Assembly: GCA_016926555.1 (NCBI GenBank)
Contig: JAFGOI010000004.1
Span: forward strand, 776 to 64,775
From: Patescibacteria group bacterium
GTDB taxonomy: Bacteria > Patescibacteriota > WWE3 > UBA101185 > UBA10185
Length of the DNA: 64,000 nt
Reading direction: 5' to 3'
The notes below the pieces were generated by a model. It was given only the letters and a program-made list of their open reading frames with translations. It was not told where the DNA came from and searched no databases. Below, one piece after another: positions 29,612-39,645 of the stretch (position 1 is the first letter of the stretch; each line of letters opens with the position of its first letter). Position numbers and translations under genes: made by a program.

Positions 29612-30129
29612 ACCTTTTATATTTAGGATTATTACTAGCAGGGATGTTTGTATATTTTGGGTTTAGTTATAGAAGTGTTTCCGGCAAGATTTTTAGTGTT
29701 TGGCACGGGTTTGTGTTTTTATCTGGATTGGTAATTAGCGCGCTGTTTTCGGCGGGTTTGACAGGATTTATTAAAAATATGCCGGGGGATTCACGGGTCC
29801 ATCTTATACTTTCCGCGTTAGGCGGAGTTATTTTTTATCTACAGACTCTATCTTTTATCTTTGAGAGTATGGCGGGGGTACGTGCGAAAAATCCAAAGGG
29901 AGATAGTATACAAAAAATACCATACTATATATTTTTAAGAAATTCTCCTATTTATTTTGGTATTTTTCTAGTTCTTGCCATTTCTCTTATTATTGCGACA
30001 TTTTTTGATATGGGTATTTTGGGAAAGTATATCCAAGTGGCTATGTTAGGCTGTTTATCCGGGTTTTCTTTGGCACTATTATTTGGATGTCCTTTGGTTT
30101 CTTTGCTTATGGTTCGGGGTAAAAAATAG
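29608..30129 (+). CDS. Hypothetical 5-TM membrane protein, translationally coupled to the secD-like gene
   Basis: A 173-aa protein with a 4-nt overlap with the upstream gene. It is too short and lacks the motifs expected for SecF. Confidence 0.4.
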   Translation: MNLLYLGLLLAGMFVYFGFSYRSVSGKIFSVWHGFVFLSGLVISALFSAGLTGFIKNMPGDSRVHLILSALGGVIFYLQTLSFIFESMAGVRAKNPKGDSIQKIPYYIFLRNSPIYFGIFLVLAISLIIATFFDMGILGKYIQVAMLGCLSGFSLALLFGCPLVSLLMVRGKK

Positions 30130-30208
30130 GTTTTAGAAACTAGATAACAACGGCCAAAACCAAAAACATTTTACACACATAAACATCACATGGTATAAGC
30201 TAACATGC

Positions 30209-31873
30209 ATGCCTAACAAAAAATGGAATATTCAAGCGGAATACAAAAAGGGAGATTTAGTTAAGCAACTTCTAAAAAACAGAGATATAAAAAATACGGG
30301 AGAGTTCATAAACATTCCCTCGATAGGATACTACATAAATAATCTTAAACCCGTTTTGAAAACATCTTTAGGAAAAGCTAAAAAAGTAATTCAGGATTCC
30401 ATCGAAAAAAAAGACACGATTATTGTTTACGGAGACTATGACGCGGATGGAATTTCCGCGACTGCTATTTTTATATCGTATCTGAGAAATGAGCTCAGAT
30501 ACAAAAACACCCACTATTTTATACCGAACAGGTTTGAACATGGCTATGGTTTGTCAAAGGCTGGAATAGAAAAATGTCTTAATCTTTATGATATCGAAAA
30601 AACTCAGGATGTTTTATGGGTTACAGTTGACACAGGAATAACTGCGAATGAGGAGATCGAATACTTAAAATCCCTTAGTCACAGAGTTGTACTTACCGAC
30701 CACCACCAGAAACCGAAAATACTTCCCCCGAGTGATGTTGTAGTTTGGTCGGATGAAGTGGTAGGTGCAACCCTATCGTGGTTAGTAGTCAAATTCCTGG
30801 GATCGAAAAACAATCAGAATTTATCTTTAGCGGCGCTTGCGACAGTAACTGATTTGCAGCCTCTTATGGGTTTTAATAGGTCTATTGTGAAATCGGGCTT
30901 AGAAATACTCAACAAGAAACCTCCTATTGGCATACAAAAGTTGCTTCAGGTGTCTGGCAGAAACAACGGAGAAGTAGCTACGTATGATCTTGGATGGGTT
31001 ATAGGCCCAAGAATTAATGCGTTAGGAAGATTGGGAGACGCGGAAGAAGCTGTGGAACTTCTTCTTGCGACAGATACTAAGAAAGCGGAAGAACTCGCCG
31101 TAAAGCTAAATAGCATAAATATAGAAAGGCAAGACAAAACAATGGAAATGTATGAGCTTACTACTGAGTTAGATGAGAAAGAACTGCCCCATATAATTTT
31201 TTCGACGCATGATAATTATCATGAAGGTATTATCGGGCTTGTTGCGGCCAGGTTGGTTCAGAAGTATTACCGGCCATCAATTGTTATAAGTCTTGACGGA
31301 GATTTTGGCAAGGGTTCTGTCAGATCGATTCCCGGAATTAATATTATCGAAACTTTAAGGGAGTTTGAGCACTTGTTTGAAAACGTGGGAGGTCATCCAA
31401 TGGCTGCCGGGTTTACAATACATAGAGATAATATTGATGAACTGGAAGATGAAATGGTTAAGTATGCGCAAGTAAATTTCCCGTCTGATTTGTTTGTGCC
31501 TGTTTTGGATATAGATATGAAGATTCCGGCGAAGGTTATTAATTTAGAATTATTAGATGAGATAGATAAGTTGAAACCATACGGTATTGGTAATGCGCAG
31601 CCCGTTTTTCTGACCGCTGACTTTGGTGTAGCTGGTGTAGACTGGGTAGGGCGTGAAAATAATCATTTATTGTTAAAGTTGTTTGATGGGAAGGATTTTT
31701 TAAAGGCAATTTACTTTAATTTTAATTCAGATAAAAATGATTACATTCCGCAGATTGGCGATAAAATTGATGTTGTGTACTCTTTGAAGCGTAACGAGTA
31801 TAACGGTAAAACTAACATAGATTTAGTAGTAAAAGATATCCGGATGTCGGAACCGTCTATTGACAGCGAGTAA
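30209..31873 (+). CDS. recJ: Single-stranded-DNA-specific exonuclease RecJ
   Basis: DHH motifs (IVYGDYDADGIS, DHH) and a DHHA1 motif (GGHPMAAGF). Confidence 0.85.
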   Translation: MPNKKWNIQAEYKKGDLVKQLLKNRDIKNTGEFINIPSIGYYINNLKPVLKTSLGKAKKVIQDSIEKKDTIIVYGDYDADGISATAIFISYLRNELRYKNTHYFIPNRFEHGYGLSKAGIEKCLNLYDIEKTQDVLWVTVDTGITANEEIEYLKSLSHRVVLTDHHQKPKILPPSDVVVWSDEVVGATLSWLVVKFLGSKNNQNLSLAALATVTDLQPLMGFNRSIVKSGLEILNKKPPIGIQKLLQVSGRNNGEVATYDLGWVIGPRINALGRLGDAEEAVELLLATDTKKAEELAVKLNSINIERQDKTMEMYELTTELDEKELPHIIFSTHDNYHEGIIGLVAARLVQKYYRPSIVISLDGDFGKGSVRSIPGINIIETLREFEHLFENVGGHPMAAGFTIHRDNIDELEDEMVKYAQVNFPSDLFVPVLDIDMKIPAKVINLELLDEIDKLKPYGIGNAQPVFLTADFGVAGVDWVGRENNHLLLKLFDGKDFLKAIYFNFNSDKNDYIPQIGDKIDVVYSLKRNEYNGKTNIDLVVKDIRMSEPSIDSE

Positions 31874-31899
31874 TACTGTATATATATTTCATTCATAGT

Positions 31900-32080
31900 T
31901 AAAAAGGCTATAAGCGGATTTGTGACGGCCGCTTTTTCCGGTACGGGAAAGCTTCTGAGAGGAAATGCTCAGACGGGAATGCCCGTTACAGCTGTAAATT
32001 AAGTGAAAAGTTTCAGGTGGCACCGTCGCTCGAAAACTCGGGAAGACCCTGGCAAATAAGCCGGGGATTTTTTATTTTAA
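31900..32080 (+). promoter_or_regulatory. Candidate T-box riboswitch leader upstream of aspS
   Basis: A T-box-like core AGGUGGCACCG lies at 32015..32025 (consensus AGGGUGGNACCGCG). A downstream terminator hairpin CCCTGGC-aaataa-GCCGGGG plus TTTTTTATTTT lies at 32047..32076. The whole element sits immediately 5' of an aminoacyl-tRNA synthetase gene. Confidence 0.45.
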
Positions 32081-32092
32081 GGGGGTTTTATT

Positions 32093-33385
32093 ATGGTCAG
32101 AACTTATATTAAAGACTTGAAGGAGAAAATAGGAAAAGATGTAACAGTTAAAGGTTTTGTGCAGAGTATACGAAATCAAGGGGGAATAAAGTTTCTAATA
32201 TTAAGAGATGTAACTGGTATTATCCAGTGTGTGGTAATGAAATCCGATAAAGAGGCTTTTGGATTTGTAGAAGATTTAAGTTTGGAATCAGTTGTATCAA
32301 TTGAAGGCTTGGTTAAGGAGGAGAAACAAGCTCCTGACGGTTTTGAAGTTCAGGTCAAAAGTATTGAAATATTGTCTAAAGCGTACCCCGAACTTCCGAT
32401 TCCTGTTGTATATGAAAAAAGCGGAGATGAAACAGATGTGACTAAAAGATTAGATTATAGGTGGCTGGATTTAAGAAGACCCGAGCACTTACAAATATTC
32501 AAAGTTTGGACTGAACTAGAAAAAGGTTTTAGGAAATTTTGTGATGAAAACAATTTCGTTCAGATATATACGCCGTCATTTATGATTGCACCAAGTGAAA
32601 GTGGCTCTGAGGTGTTTGAGGTTGAATATTTTGACAGAAAGGCATATCTGGCTCAATCTCCCCAGTTCTATAAGCAAATGGCGTTAGCATCCGGTTTTGA
32701 CCGCGTATTCATGGCAGGTCCTGTTTTCAGGGCTGAACCTTCTTTTACGACCAGGCATATGACCGAGTTTACCGGTTGGGATTTTGAAATGGCTTATGTT
32801 GATAGTCATCACGATGTTATGGATCTGTTGGAAGGTGCTATAGTGGCGGGATTTTCCCAAATAAGAGATAGTTTAGATATAGATATTGTGGTACCTTCTC
32901 GACCCTTTCCGAGATTAACGATGGCGGAAGCAAAAGAAAAACTTAGCTCCAGAAATGTTCCAAGTAAAGCGGTATTTGATGTAAGCCCGGAAGAAGAACG
33001 CATTTTGTGTGAAATAGTAAAAGAGGAGACCAACCATGATTTTGTCTTCCTGACAGATTGGCCCGTTGAGGGAAGGCCTTTTTATCACATGAGATATGAA
33101 GGTGATCAGAAGACAACAAAAAGTTATGATCTTTTATACAGGGGATTGGAAATTGTAACTGGCGCGCAGAGAGAACACAGACACGATGTTTTGGTTAGGC
33201 AGGCGGAAGAGAAGAAAATGAATTTAAACCAGCTGAAGGACTATCTGGAATTTTTTAGATATGGGTGCCCTCCGCATGGTGGTGCAGGTATAGGTCCCGG
33301 AAGAATTATTATGATGCTCTTAGATCTATCTAGTGTTAAGGAGGCAACATTCCTGCCGAGAGATGTAAAAAGATTGAGACCTTAG
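32093..33385 (+). CDS. aspS: Aspartate--tRNA ligase, archaeal/type-2 short form
   Basis: A 430-aa protein with an N-terminal OB fold, LAQSPQFYKQ, motif 2 FRAEPSFTTRHMTEF and motif 3 GGAGIGPGRIIMML. Confidence 0.8.
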   Translation: MVRTYIKDLKEKIGKDVTVKGFVQSIRNQGGIKFLILRDVTGIIQCVVMKSDKEAFGFVEDLSLESVVSIEGLVKEEKQAPDGFEVQVKSIEILSKAYPELPIPVVYEKSGDETDVTKRLDYRWLDLRRPEHLQIFKVWTELEKGFRKFCDENNFVQIYTPSFMIAPSESGSEVFEVEYFDRKAYLAQSPQFYKQMALASGFDRVFMAGPVFRAEPSFTTRHMTEFTGWDFEMAYVDSHHDVMDLLEGAIVAGFSQIRDSLDIDIVVPSRPFPRLTMAEAKEKLSSRNVPSKAVFDVSPEEERILCEIVKEETNHDFVFLTDWPVEGRPFYHMRYEGDQKTTKSYDLLYRGLEIVTGAQREHRHDVLVRQAEEKKMNLNQLKDYLEFFRYGCPPHGGAGIGPGRIIMMLLDLSSVKEATFLPRDVKRLRP

Positions 33386-33448
33386 TATTTTTAGGGAGAA
33401 TTACTTTGCAATATTTAAAGAAATGTCCAAAACCGGATATAAGAAAGT

Positions 33449-33922
33449 ATGGATGTAGTGAAAAAGATAATTGAAGAATTAGAGAGAAATGAGATTGAGT
33501 ACGAAAAGCACAAGCACGCGCCTGTTATTACGTCTTCTGAAGCTGCGAAAATTCGCAAGACAAAACTAAATATGGGTGCGAAAGCATTACTATTTATAGC
33601 CGATGGAATCCCGATTATTCTCGTAGTTCCGGGAGATAGAAAAGCGGATACAAAGAAGTTCAAAGAGGTATTTAGTATAAAAGACTTAAGAATGGCAACA
33701 GGAGAGGAACTAAAAGAGTGTACTGGTTTGGAAAAGGGGGCGCTTCCTCCCATAGGTTCAGTATTTAGCATTCAATCTTATTTTGATAATGAGCTTAAGA
33801 AAAATGATAAGGTGGCGTTCAATGCCGGTTCAAGGAGCATTTCGATAGTTATGAGTTCTAAAGATCTAATAGAAATGGAGAAACCAATACTCGGATCTTT
33901 TTCAAAACCTGCGGGAACTTAA
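33449..33922 (+). CDS. YbaK/ProX-type aminoacyl-tRNA trans-editing deacylase
   Basis: A 157-aa protein with the YbaK-like fold pattern (KALLFIADGIPIILVVPGDRKADTKK...NAGS). Confidence 0.6.
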   Translation: MDVVKKIIEELERNEIEYEKHKHAPVITSSEAAKIRKTKLNMGAKALLFIADGIPIILVVPGDRKADTKKFKEVFSIKDLRMATGEELKECTGLEKGALPPIGSVFSIQSYFDNELKKNDKVAFNAGSRSISIVMSSKDLIEMEKPILGSFSKPAGT

Positions 33923-33943
33923 TTAGGATATAATTTTTAGGTA

Positions 33944-35002
33944 ATGACACTTACACTGAGTCAAAATTTATTACTGTATGTGCTCTACTCCTTTGCTTAT
34001 GTAATAGCTTTTCTCGATCATGTTTTGATCTTTCCGTTAAAACGTGTATATGAAGTTGTAAGCAGATCAACATTACTTCTTATAAATGCTGTTTTTGTTT
34101 TTTTCCTAATTTACTCCATCCGCACTGGTTATGTGCATAGAGTGTTTGAGGGGTTAGTTTATGCTCCCTATCAACTTAGTATGGGATATACAGAAAGTAA
34201 TGTTTTAGGTATGTCAAAAGTGTTGTCTCTGCCCATTCAATTAAATGATTCGGAAGCTCCAAATATTTCCGCTGAGTCTGTTTTAGTGTGGGACGTTGAT
34301 AATCAGAGGGAGTTATACTCAAAAAATAAAGAAGAAAAACATGCCCCGGCTTCAACTACAAAATTGATGACTGCCTTGATAGCCTTGGATTTATATCCTC
34401 TTGATGAAAAATTAGTTGTGCCCGGGGAATGTACATTAGTAGACAGTACTAGGGTAAACTATCCAAGCGGCGAAATATTTACCGTTAAGAGTTTGCTTTA
34501 TAGTCTTCTTGTTGCGTCCGCGGGAGATTCAGCTTGTGTGTTATCCAGCGGGAGCGTTGATTATAATTCCTTTGTTGATTTAATGAATGTCAAAGCCGCG
34601 AATTATGGGATGGAAAATACTCACTTTACGAATCCCGTGGGTTTAGATGGGATTAACGGCGGACACTATTCTACCGCGGAAGACTTACTTAAACTATCTC
34701 TGATAGCTATAAGAAACCCTCTTATATCTGAGATTGTTAAGACTCCAGTATATAAGATTGTTTCTGAAGATTTCAATTTCAGTAAAGATCTTAGAAATAC
34801 TAATGATTTATTGTGGGAGATTCCCCAAACAGTTGGGGTTAAAACTGGAACTACAGAAGAAGCTGGTGAGGTTTTGATATATGAGTATAAGGATGATGAG
34901 AAGAATATCCTTGTATTGATAATGGGGAGTAAGGACAGATTTGGGGATACGAAAGAGTTGTTAGATTGGATATTGAATAAATATTCTTGGAATATACAGT
35001 AG
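33944..35002 (+). CDS. D-alanyl-D-alanine carboxypeptidase (PBP5-like, S11 family)
   Basis: The SxxK motif (PASTTKLMTAL) and a KTG triad (VKTGTTEEAG) are present, plus an N-terminal TM helix. Confidence 0.7.
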   Translation: MTLTLSQNLLLYVLYSFAYVIAFLDHVLIFPLKRVYEVVSRSTLLLINAVFVFFLIYSIRTGYVHRVFEGLVYAPYQLSMGYTESNVLGMSKVLSLPIQLNDSEAPNISAESVLVWDVDNQRELYSKNKEEKHAPASTTKLMTALIALDLYPLDEKLVVPGECTLVDSTRVNYPSGEIFTVKSLLYSLLVASAGDSACVLSSGSVDYNSFVDLMNVKAANYGMENTHFTNPVGLDGINGGHYSTAEDLLKLSLIAIRNPLISEIVKTPVYKIVSEDFNFSKDLRNTNDLLWEIPQTVGVKTGTTEEAGEVLIYEYKDDEKNILVLIMGSKDRFGDTKELLDWILNKYSWNIQ

Positions 35003-35005
35003 TAT

Positions 35006-36139
35006 TTACTCCATCTCCACTTTTTTTATCCACTCACCTCTAATTGCAGGATAGTAAAGTGTTATTTCTCCGCCTTCTGTTCCTTTGGTCTGGAAATTGC
35101 CTTCAAACAGGTAGATTGGCTGCAGATACTGCTGTTTGTCGTTTGTTTCATAGTAAGCGAGATATATGTTGTTTATAAGGATTATATCAACGTTTAACGG
35201 TGTATATTCTTCGAATGGGTTGTAGTCTTTTTCTCTTACATGAGTAATAACAGCCTTGTTTTCTTGTAATGCTTTCCACGCCTCTTGAACTGTTAGAATT
35301 GGATATGTGGCGTTTGATTCTGTATCAATTTCCCAGTAGTGAGCCTCTATAATGGGATAGTTGAGGGGAGTGCTATCTTTTGTGGGGTTTCTTACAATGG
35401 CATGGAGTAGGCCTACTGATGGATCAGGTCCGACGATGGGGTAGTTGTTTATAAGCCTGTAAATATCTGTCATAGCTATCTGTCTGTCTCTGGTTGATTT
35501 TGCTTGTACCAGTCTGCCGTTATATATTGTGCCGAATTTTATTTTTACATAACTGGAAGGGTAAAGGGAGTCGTTGTATCTCCAGATAGCTTTAAAGAGG
35601 TTTACTACGGCCTTTTCAGCAATATTATGATCTAGTATTCCCTTGGGATACGCGTTTTCGTTCCTTGGGATATCAGTAAATAAGCTTAGTTCTTTAGTTC
35701 TTATATCTATTTCAAGTGTGCTTCCGGTCGAAAGTTTCTTCCATTTGTATATATCTTCTTTGAGGTTTGATGCTAAATCAGAGTCATTAAAACCTAAAAA
35801 TGCTGCGTCTTTTTGCGCATCTTTCCCAGATTGAAATGAAAATGGGTGGTCCTTGATTTTATAAACGTACATTCTGTTCGGAAGGCCCGTTGGCAGTTTT
35901 CCGTCTGTAGTATTTAGCGAATATCGAGGTGTCTTTGAGTTTATAGGTTTTGGTTCAAATGTTAAAGGATCCAATAGGCCATACGTTACAGTTGGCGGGT
36001 TTTTCGGGGGGAACAGAACTGCGATCATCTTTTTTCCTGTGGGTATTACAAGAAGGATTACTATGTAATACACAAAAGCAGCAACAAATACCAGTTTTAA
36101 TCCCGATCTGAATTTTCTGGCTGATTCAGTTAAACTCAT
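35006..36139 (-). CDS. Hypothetical membrane-anchored protein (377 aa)
   Basis: An N-terminal TM helix (LKLVFVAAFVYYIVILLVIP) followed by a soluble domain. No family recognised. Confidence 0.45.
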   Translation of the reverse strand: MSLTESARKFRSGLKLVFVAAFVYYIVILLVIPTGKKMIAVLFPPKNPPTVTYGLLDPLTFEPKPINSKTPRYSLNTTDGKLPTGLPNRMYVYKIKDHPFSFQSGKDAQKDAAFLGFNDSDLASNLKEDIYKWKKLSTGSTLEIDIRTKELSLFTDIPRNENAYPKGILDHNIAEKAVVNLFKAIWRYNDSLYPSSYVKIKFGTIYNGRLVQAKSTRDRQIAMTDIYRLINNYPIVGPDPSVGLLHAIVRNPTKDSTPLNYPIIEAHYWEIDTESNATYPILTVQEAWKALQENKAVITHVREKDYNPFEEYTPLNVDIILINNIYLAYYETNDKQQYLQPIYLFEGNFQTKGTEGGEITLYYPAIRGEWIKKVEME

Positions 36140-36205
36140 GTTCCCATTTATTATAACAATATATCAGCCATATCTGTACATTTCTATCTATGCTAGAATT
36201 CACGC

Positions 36206-37666
36206 ATGCAAGTGAAAACAAGGATGGCTCCCAGCCCGACAGGTGAGTATCACATTGGTCATATTCGCACTTTGCTTTATAATTACGCATTCGCTCGCAA
36301 AGAAAGTGGAAAATTTCTTATTAGAATTGAGGATACTGATAGGGAAAGGTATGTAGATGGTGCCGTGGAGAGAATTCTTGATGTTATTGAGGACTATGGA
36401 TTTGATTGGGATGAAGGTCCTCGTGTTGGTGGTTCCTGTGATTCATATATACAGTCCGAAAGGCTTCCGATTTATAAAGAAAAAGCCTTGGAGTTAGTTT
36501 CAAAAGGAAAGGCGTATTATTGTTTTTGTACACAGGAAAGATTGAAGGAAATGAGAGAGATGCAACAAAGGGAAGGAATGCCAAGTACTAAATATGATAG
36601 GAAATGCCTTCAGTTAACCGAGAAAGAAGTAGAAAAGAAATTGGCTGACAATGTGCCTTATGTTATTCGTCTGAAAGTTCCCCAGGGTAGGATAATTACT
36701 TATAATGATCTTGTTTATGGTGATATGGCAGTGAATTCAAATGATTTGGATGATCAAGTGCTGTTAAAATCGGATGGATTTCCCACTTATCATTTGGGAG
36801 TTGTTGTTGATGATCACGAAATGGGTGTGACACACATTATGAGGGGAATGGACTGGCTCCCGTCAACTCCCAAACATGTTCTATTATATGAGGCTTTTGG
36901 ATGGGAGATGCCTTTGCATTGTCACCTGCCGAACCTTAAAGAACTTGATGGGAACAGGAAATTATCCAAAAGATTTGGGTCAGTTTTTGCGTCCGATTTT
37001 TTGCGGGAAGGATATTTGTCCGAAGCTGTTGTCAATTTTCTTATGTTTTTAGGATGGAATCCCGGGACTGAGAGAGAAATCTATTCTCTTGAGGAATTCA
37101 TAAAAGATTTTTCTGTAGATAGGTTGCAAAAAACTGATCTGGTAAGTTTTGACAGAAAAAAGCTAAGTTGGTTTAATGGCCAGTATATAAGAGCTTTGAG
37201 AACGGAGGTTCTGTTGGATAGAATACTTATCTGGGCTGACAAATATCAGGTTGATCTGGTGAGCAGGGATTTGGATAGAGGGGTTATTTTGCGCGTATTG
37301 GACTTGGTTAAGGACAGGCTGCGGGTTTTGTCCGATTTTAATGATTTAGCATTGTATTTTTTTACAGAGCCCGAAATAGATAAGAAACTACTTTGTAAAT
37401 TTGCGAAAGAAAAAAAGGCGTACGAAATATTAGAGGCTTTTCTTGATAGCTTCAATAAGGTTGCAGATGCTGGATGGACTAAAGAAAATCTGGAGAATGT
37501 GTGTTCTTTGGTTCTTGGAATAGGGGAATATAAACCGAAGGAAGCTTACATGACTCTTCGTGTAGCTTTAACTGGGAGGGAGGCATCTCCTCATATATTC
37601 GATGTCCTTGAGCTTTTAGGAAAGGATGTTGTACTAGAAAGAATTACTTCTGCCTTGAAACATTAG
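36206..37666 (+). CDS. gltX: Glutamate--tRNA ligase
   Basis: The HIGH motif (PSPTGEYHIGHIRT) and the KMSKS-like KLSKR motif are present. 486 aa. Confidence 0.9.
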   Translation: MQVKTRMAPSPTGEYHIGHIRTLLYNYAFARKESGKFLIRIEDTDRERYVDGAVERILDVIEDYGFDWDEGPRVGGSCDSYIQSERLPIYKEKALELVSKGKAYYCFCTQERLKEMREMQQREGMPSTKYDRKCLQLTEKEVEKKLADNVPYVIRLKVPQGRIITYNDLVYGDMAVNSNDLDDQVLLKSDGFPTYHLGVVVDDHEMGVTHIMRGMDWLPSTPKHVLLYEAFGWEMPLHCHLPNLKELDGNRKLSKRFGSVFASDFLREGYLSEAVVNFLMFLGWNPGTEREIYSLEEFIKDFSVDRLQKTDLVSFDRKKLSWFNGQYIRALRTEVLLDRILIWADKYQVDLVSRDLDRGVILRVLDLVKDRLRVLSDFNDLALYFFTEPEIDKKLLCKFAKEKKAYEILEAFLDSFNKVADAGWTKENLENVCSLVLGIGEYKPKEAYMTLRVALTGREASPHIFDVLELLGKDVVLERITSALKH

Positions 37667-37786
37667 TCTCGCTTAACAAGAATTCAGTAATTGATATGTT
37701 TTTCACAACTGATAGAATAAAAATACATTAAACTGCCCTCGTGTTTATAATTCCCTGTATATCAGGTAGAAATTTTAGGAGGTTGT

Positions 37787-38869
37787 ATGACTAACAAATC
37801 ACCGGATAAAGACAAAGTACAAAAAAACAAAGAAATTGCATTAAGTACAGCTTTGGCCCAAATTGAGAAGAATTTTGGAAAGGGAGCAATAATGAGACTG
37901 GGAGATAAGGTTGGGAGTGGTAAAATCCCTGTAATTCCCACAGGATCTATTGCGCTTGATATCGCTTTAGGCGTTGGGGGTGTTCCAAGAGGCCGTATAG
38001 TTGAAATTTATGGCCCCGAAGCCTCTGGGAAAACTACGTTGGTCCAGCATATTATTGCGGAAGCTCAAAGAATGGGAGGAGCGGCTGCTTTAATTGACGC
38101 AGAGCATGCTTTTGACCCGGTTTATGCGGGAAAGACTGGTGTAGATATTGAGAATTTATTGGTATCCCAGCCCGATACCGGGGAACAGGCTTTGGAAATA
38201 GCTGAAACATTGATAAGGTCAAATGCAGTAGATATCATTGCTATTGATTCGGTTGCGGCATTGGTTCCTCGGGCGGAAATAGAGGGAGATATAGGAGATA
38301 GCCATGTTGCGGTTCAGGCGAGGTTAATGAGCCAAGCTCTAAGGAGGATAACGGGTGCGGTAAGCCGGTCAAACTGCACTGTAATATTCACTAACCAGCT
38401 CAGATCAAAAATAGGTGTGATGTTCGGAAATCCGGAAACCACGTCCGGCGGAAAAGCCCTCAAGTACTACGCGTCGGTAAGGATAGAGATCAGGAAGATA
38501 CAGTCAATAAAGGAAGGACAGGACTTCTCGGGAATAAGAGTTCGTGCAAAGACAGTAAAAAATAAAGTTGCACCTCCGTTTAGGACTTCTGAGTTTGACA
38601 TAATGTTTAAGGAGGGAATAAGCAAAGAAGGCGGGATACTGGATGTAGCGGTCGAATTCGATATTGTTAAAAAAAGCGGGGCTTGGTATGAGTATGAAGG
38701 CGAGAAACTGGGACAGGGGAAAGAAGCAGTAAAACAGATTCTGAAGGAGGATACTAAAAAAAGAGACGAAATCGAGAAGAAGATTCGTGAAACGTTAAAA
38801 AAAGGCAGGGAAGTGCCTATAGAGATAGGTGGAGAAGATGGAAAACAGGAGGGGAAAGAAGCAGAATGA
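37787..38869 (+). CDS. recA: Recombinase RecA
   Basis: Walker [11 protein letters not shown], the ALKFYASVRIE-type region and an acidic C-terminal tail. Confidence 0.95.
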   Translation: MTNKSPDKDKVQKNKEIALSTALAQIEKNFGKGAIMRLGDKVGSGKIPVIPTGSIALDIALGVGGVPRGRIVEIYGPEASGKTTLVQHIIAEAQRMGGAAALIDAEHAFDPVYAGKTGVDIENLLVSQPDTGEQALEIAETLIRSNAVDIIAIDSVAALVPRAEIEGDIGDSHVAVQARLMSQALRRITGAVSRSNCTVIFTNQLRSKIGVMFGNPETTSGGKALKYYASVRIEIRKIQSIKEGQDFSGIRVRAKTVKNKVAPPFRTSEFDIMFKEGISKEGGILDVAVEFDIVKKSGAWYEYEGEKLGQGKEAVKQILKEDTKKRDEIEKKIRETLKKGREVPIEIGGEDGKQEGKEAE

Positions 38870-38879
38870 AACGTTTGTA

Positions 38880-39365
38880 ATGGATACCGAACTGTTTGAG
38901 CAGATATTAGAGAAAGTATTGGCTTATTTGGATTATAAGCCTCGGAGTGTTAGTGAGATCAATAGGCATATAGATAGGATTCTTAAAAAGTTCGGTGTGA
39001 GTGCGGATACCAGAGATAATATTGAAACGGAGTTATTGAAAAAGCTGGACAAGTTTAGTTATCTAAATGATTCGAAAGTAGCAAATGATTATATTCAAAA
39101 TGCTATCTTTTCCACGAAGCCGAGAAGCCGTGGCGCGGTCTACGTTTATCTACTTAAAAAGGGTATACCGGAGGAGGTTGTAAAGAGGGAAATAGAGATA
39201 TTTACTGACGATGTAGAGTTGAAGAATATGCAGAAAGAAGTGGAAAGAAAGTTCGGAATTGATAAGTTACATATTCAAGAAATAAATAAGCAGGACATTG
39301 TTAATTATTTGATCCAAAAAAGGTATGAAGCCCGTTTAGTATACGAATATACAAGTTCAGCTTGA
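38880..39365 (+). CDS. recX: RecX-like regulatory protein
   Basis: It lies immediately after recA. Helical repeats with YLLKKGIPEEVVKREIE. The start is ambiguous: the ORF opens at 38829 and overlaps recA. Confidence 0.5.
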   Translation: MDTELFEQILEKVLAYLDYKPRSVSEINRHIDRILKKFGVSADTRDNIETELLKKLDKFSYLNDSKVANDYIQNAIFSTKPRSRGAVYVYLLKKGIPEEVVKREIEIFTDDVELKNMQKEVERKFGIDKLHIQEINKQDIVNYLIQKRYEARLVYEYTSSA

Positions 39366-39645
39366 AAATTCCTGATATATTAAATAAAATCATAACAGCG
39401 AGTTAATGAAAGATGATATATAGATTAACTGTATTACTAAGATGGTAGCCAAAAATGGAAAGAACTAAATATTCAATAAAATACTGGTTAAAAATTGTGC
39501 AGTTGTTGTTATTGAGAAAAGTATTATTAATTGATTATTATTCCTCATGTCCATATCTTATGTTAAGTATTTAGGCATGCTTGAATGTAATACTCTTTAT
39601 TAGTTAATTCGCTAAAAGTAAATTTATATTTGTTGGAGGTTATAT

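Noticed and set aside
29608-30129. SecF call for the gene after secD
   Set aside because: At 173 aa it is too short, and it lacks the conserved SecF C-terminal TM motifs. I kept it as a hypothetical membrane protein.
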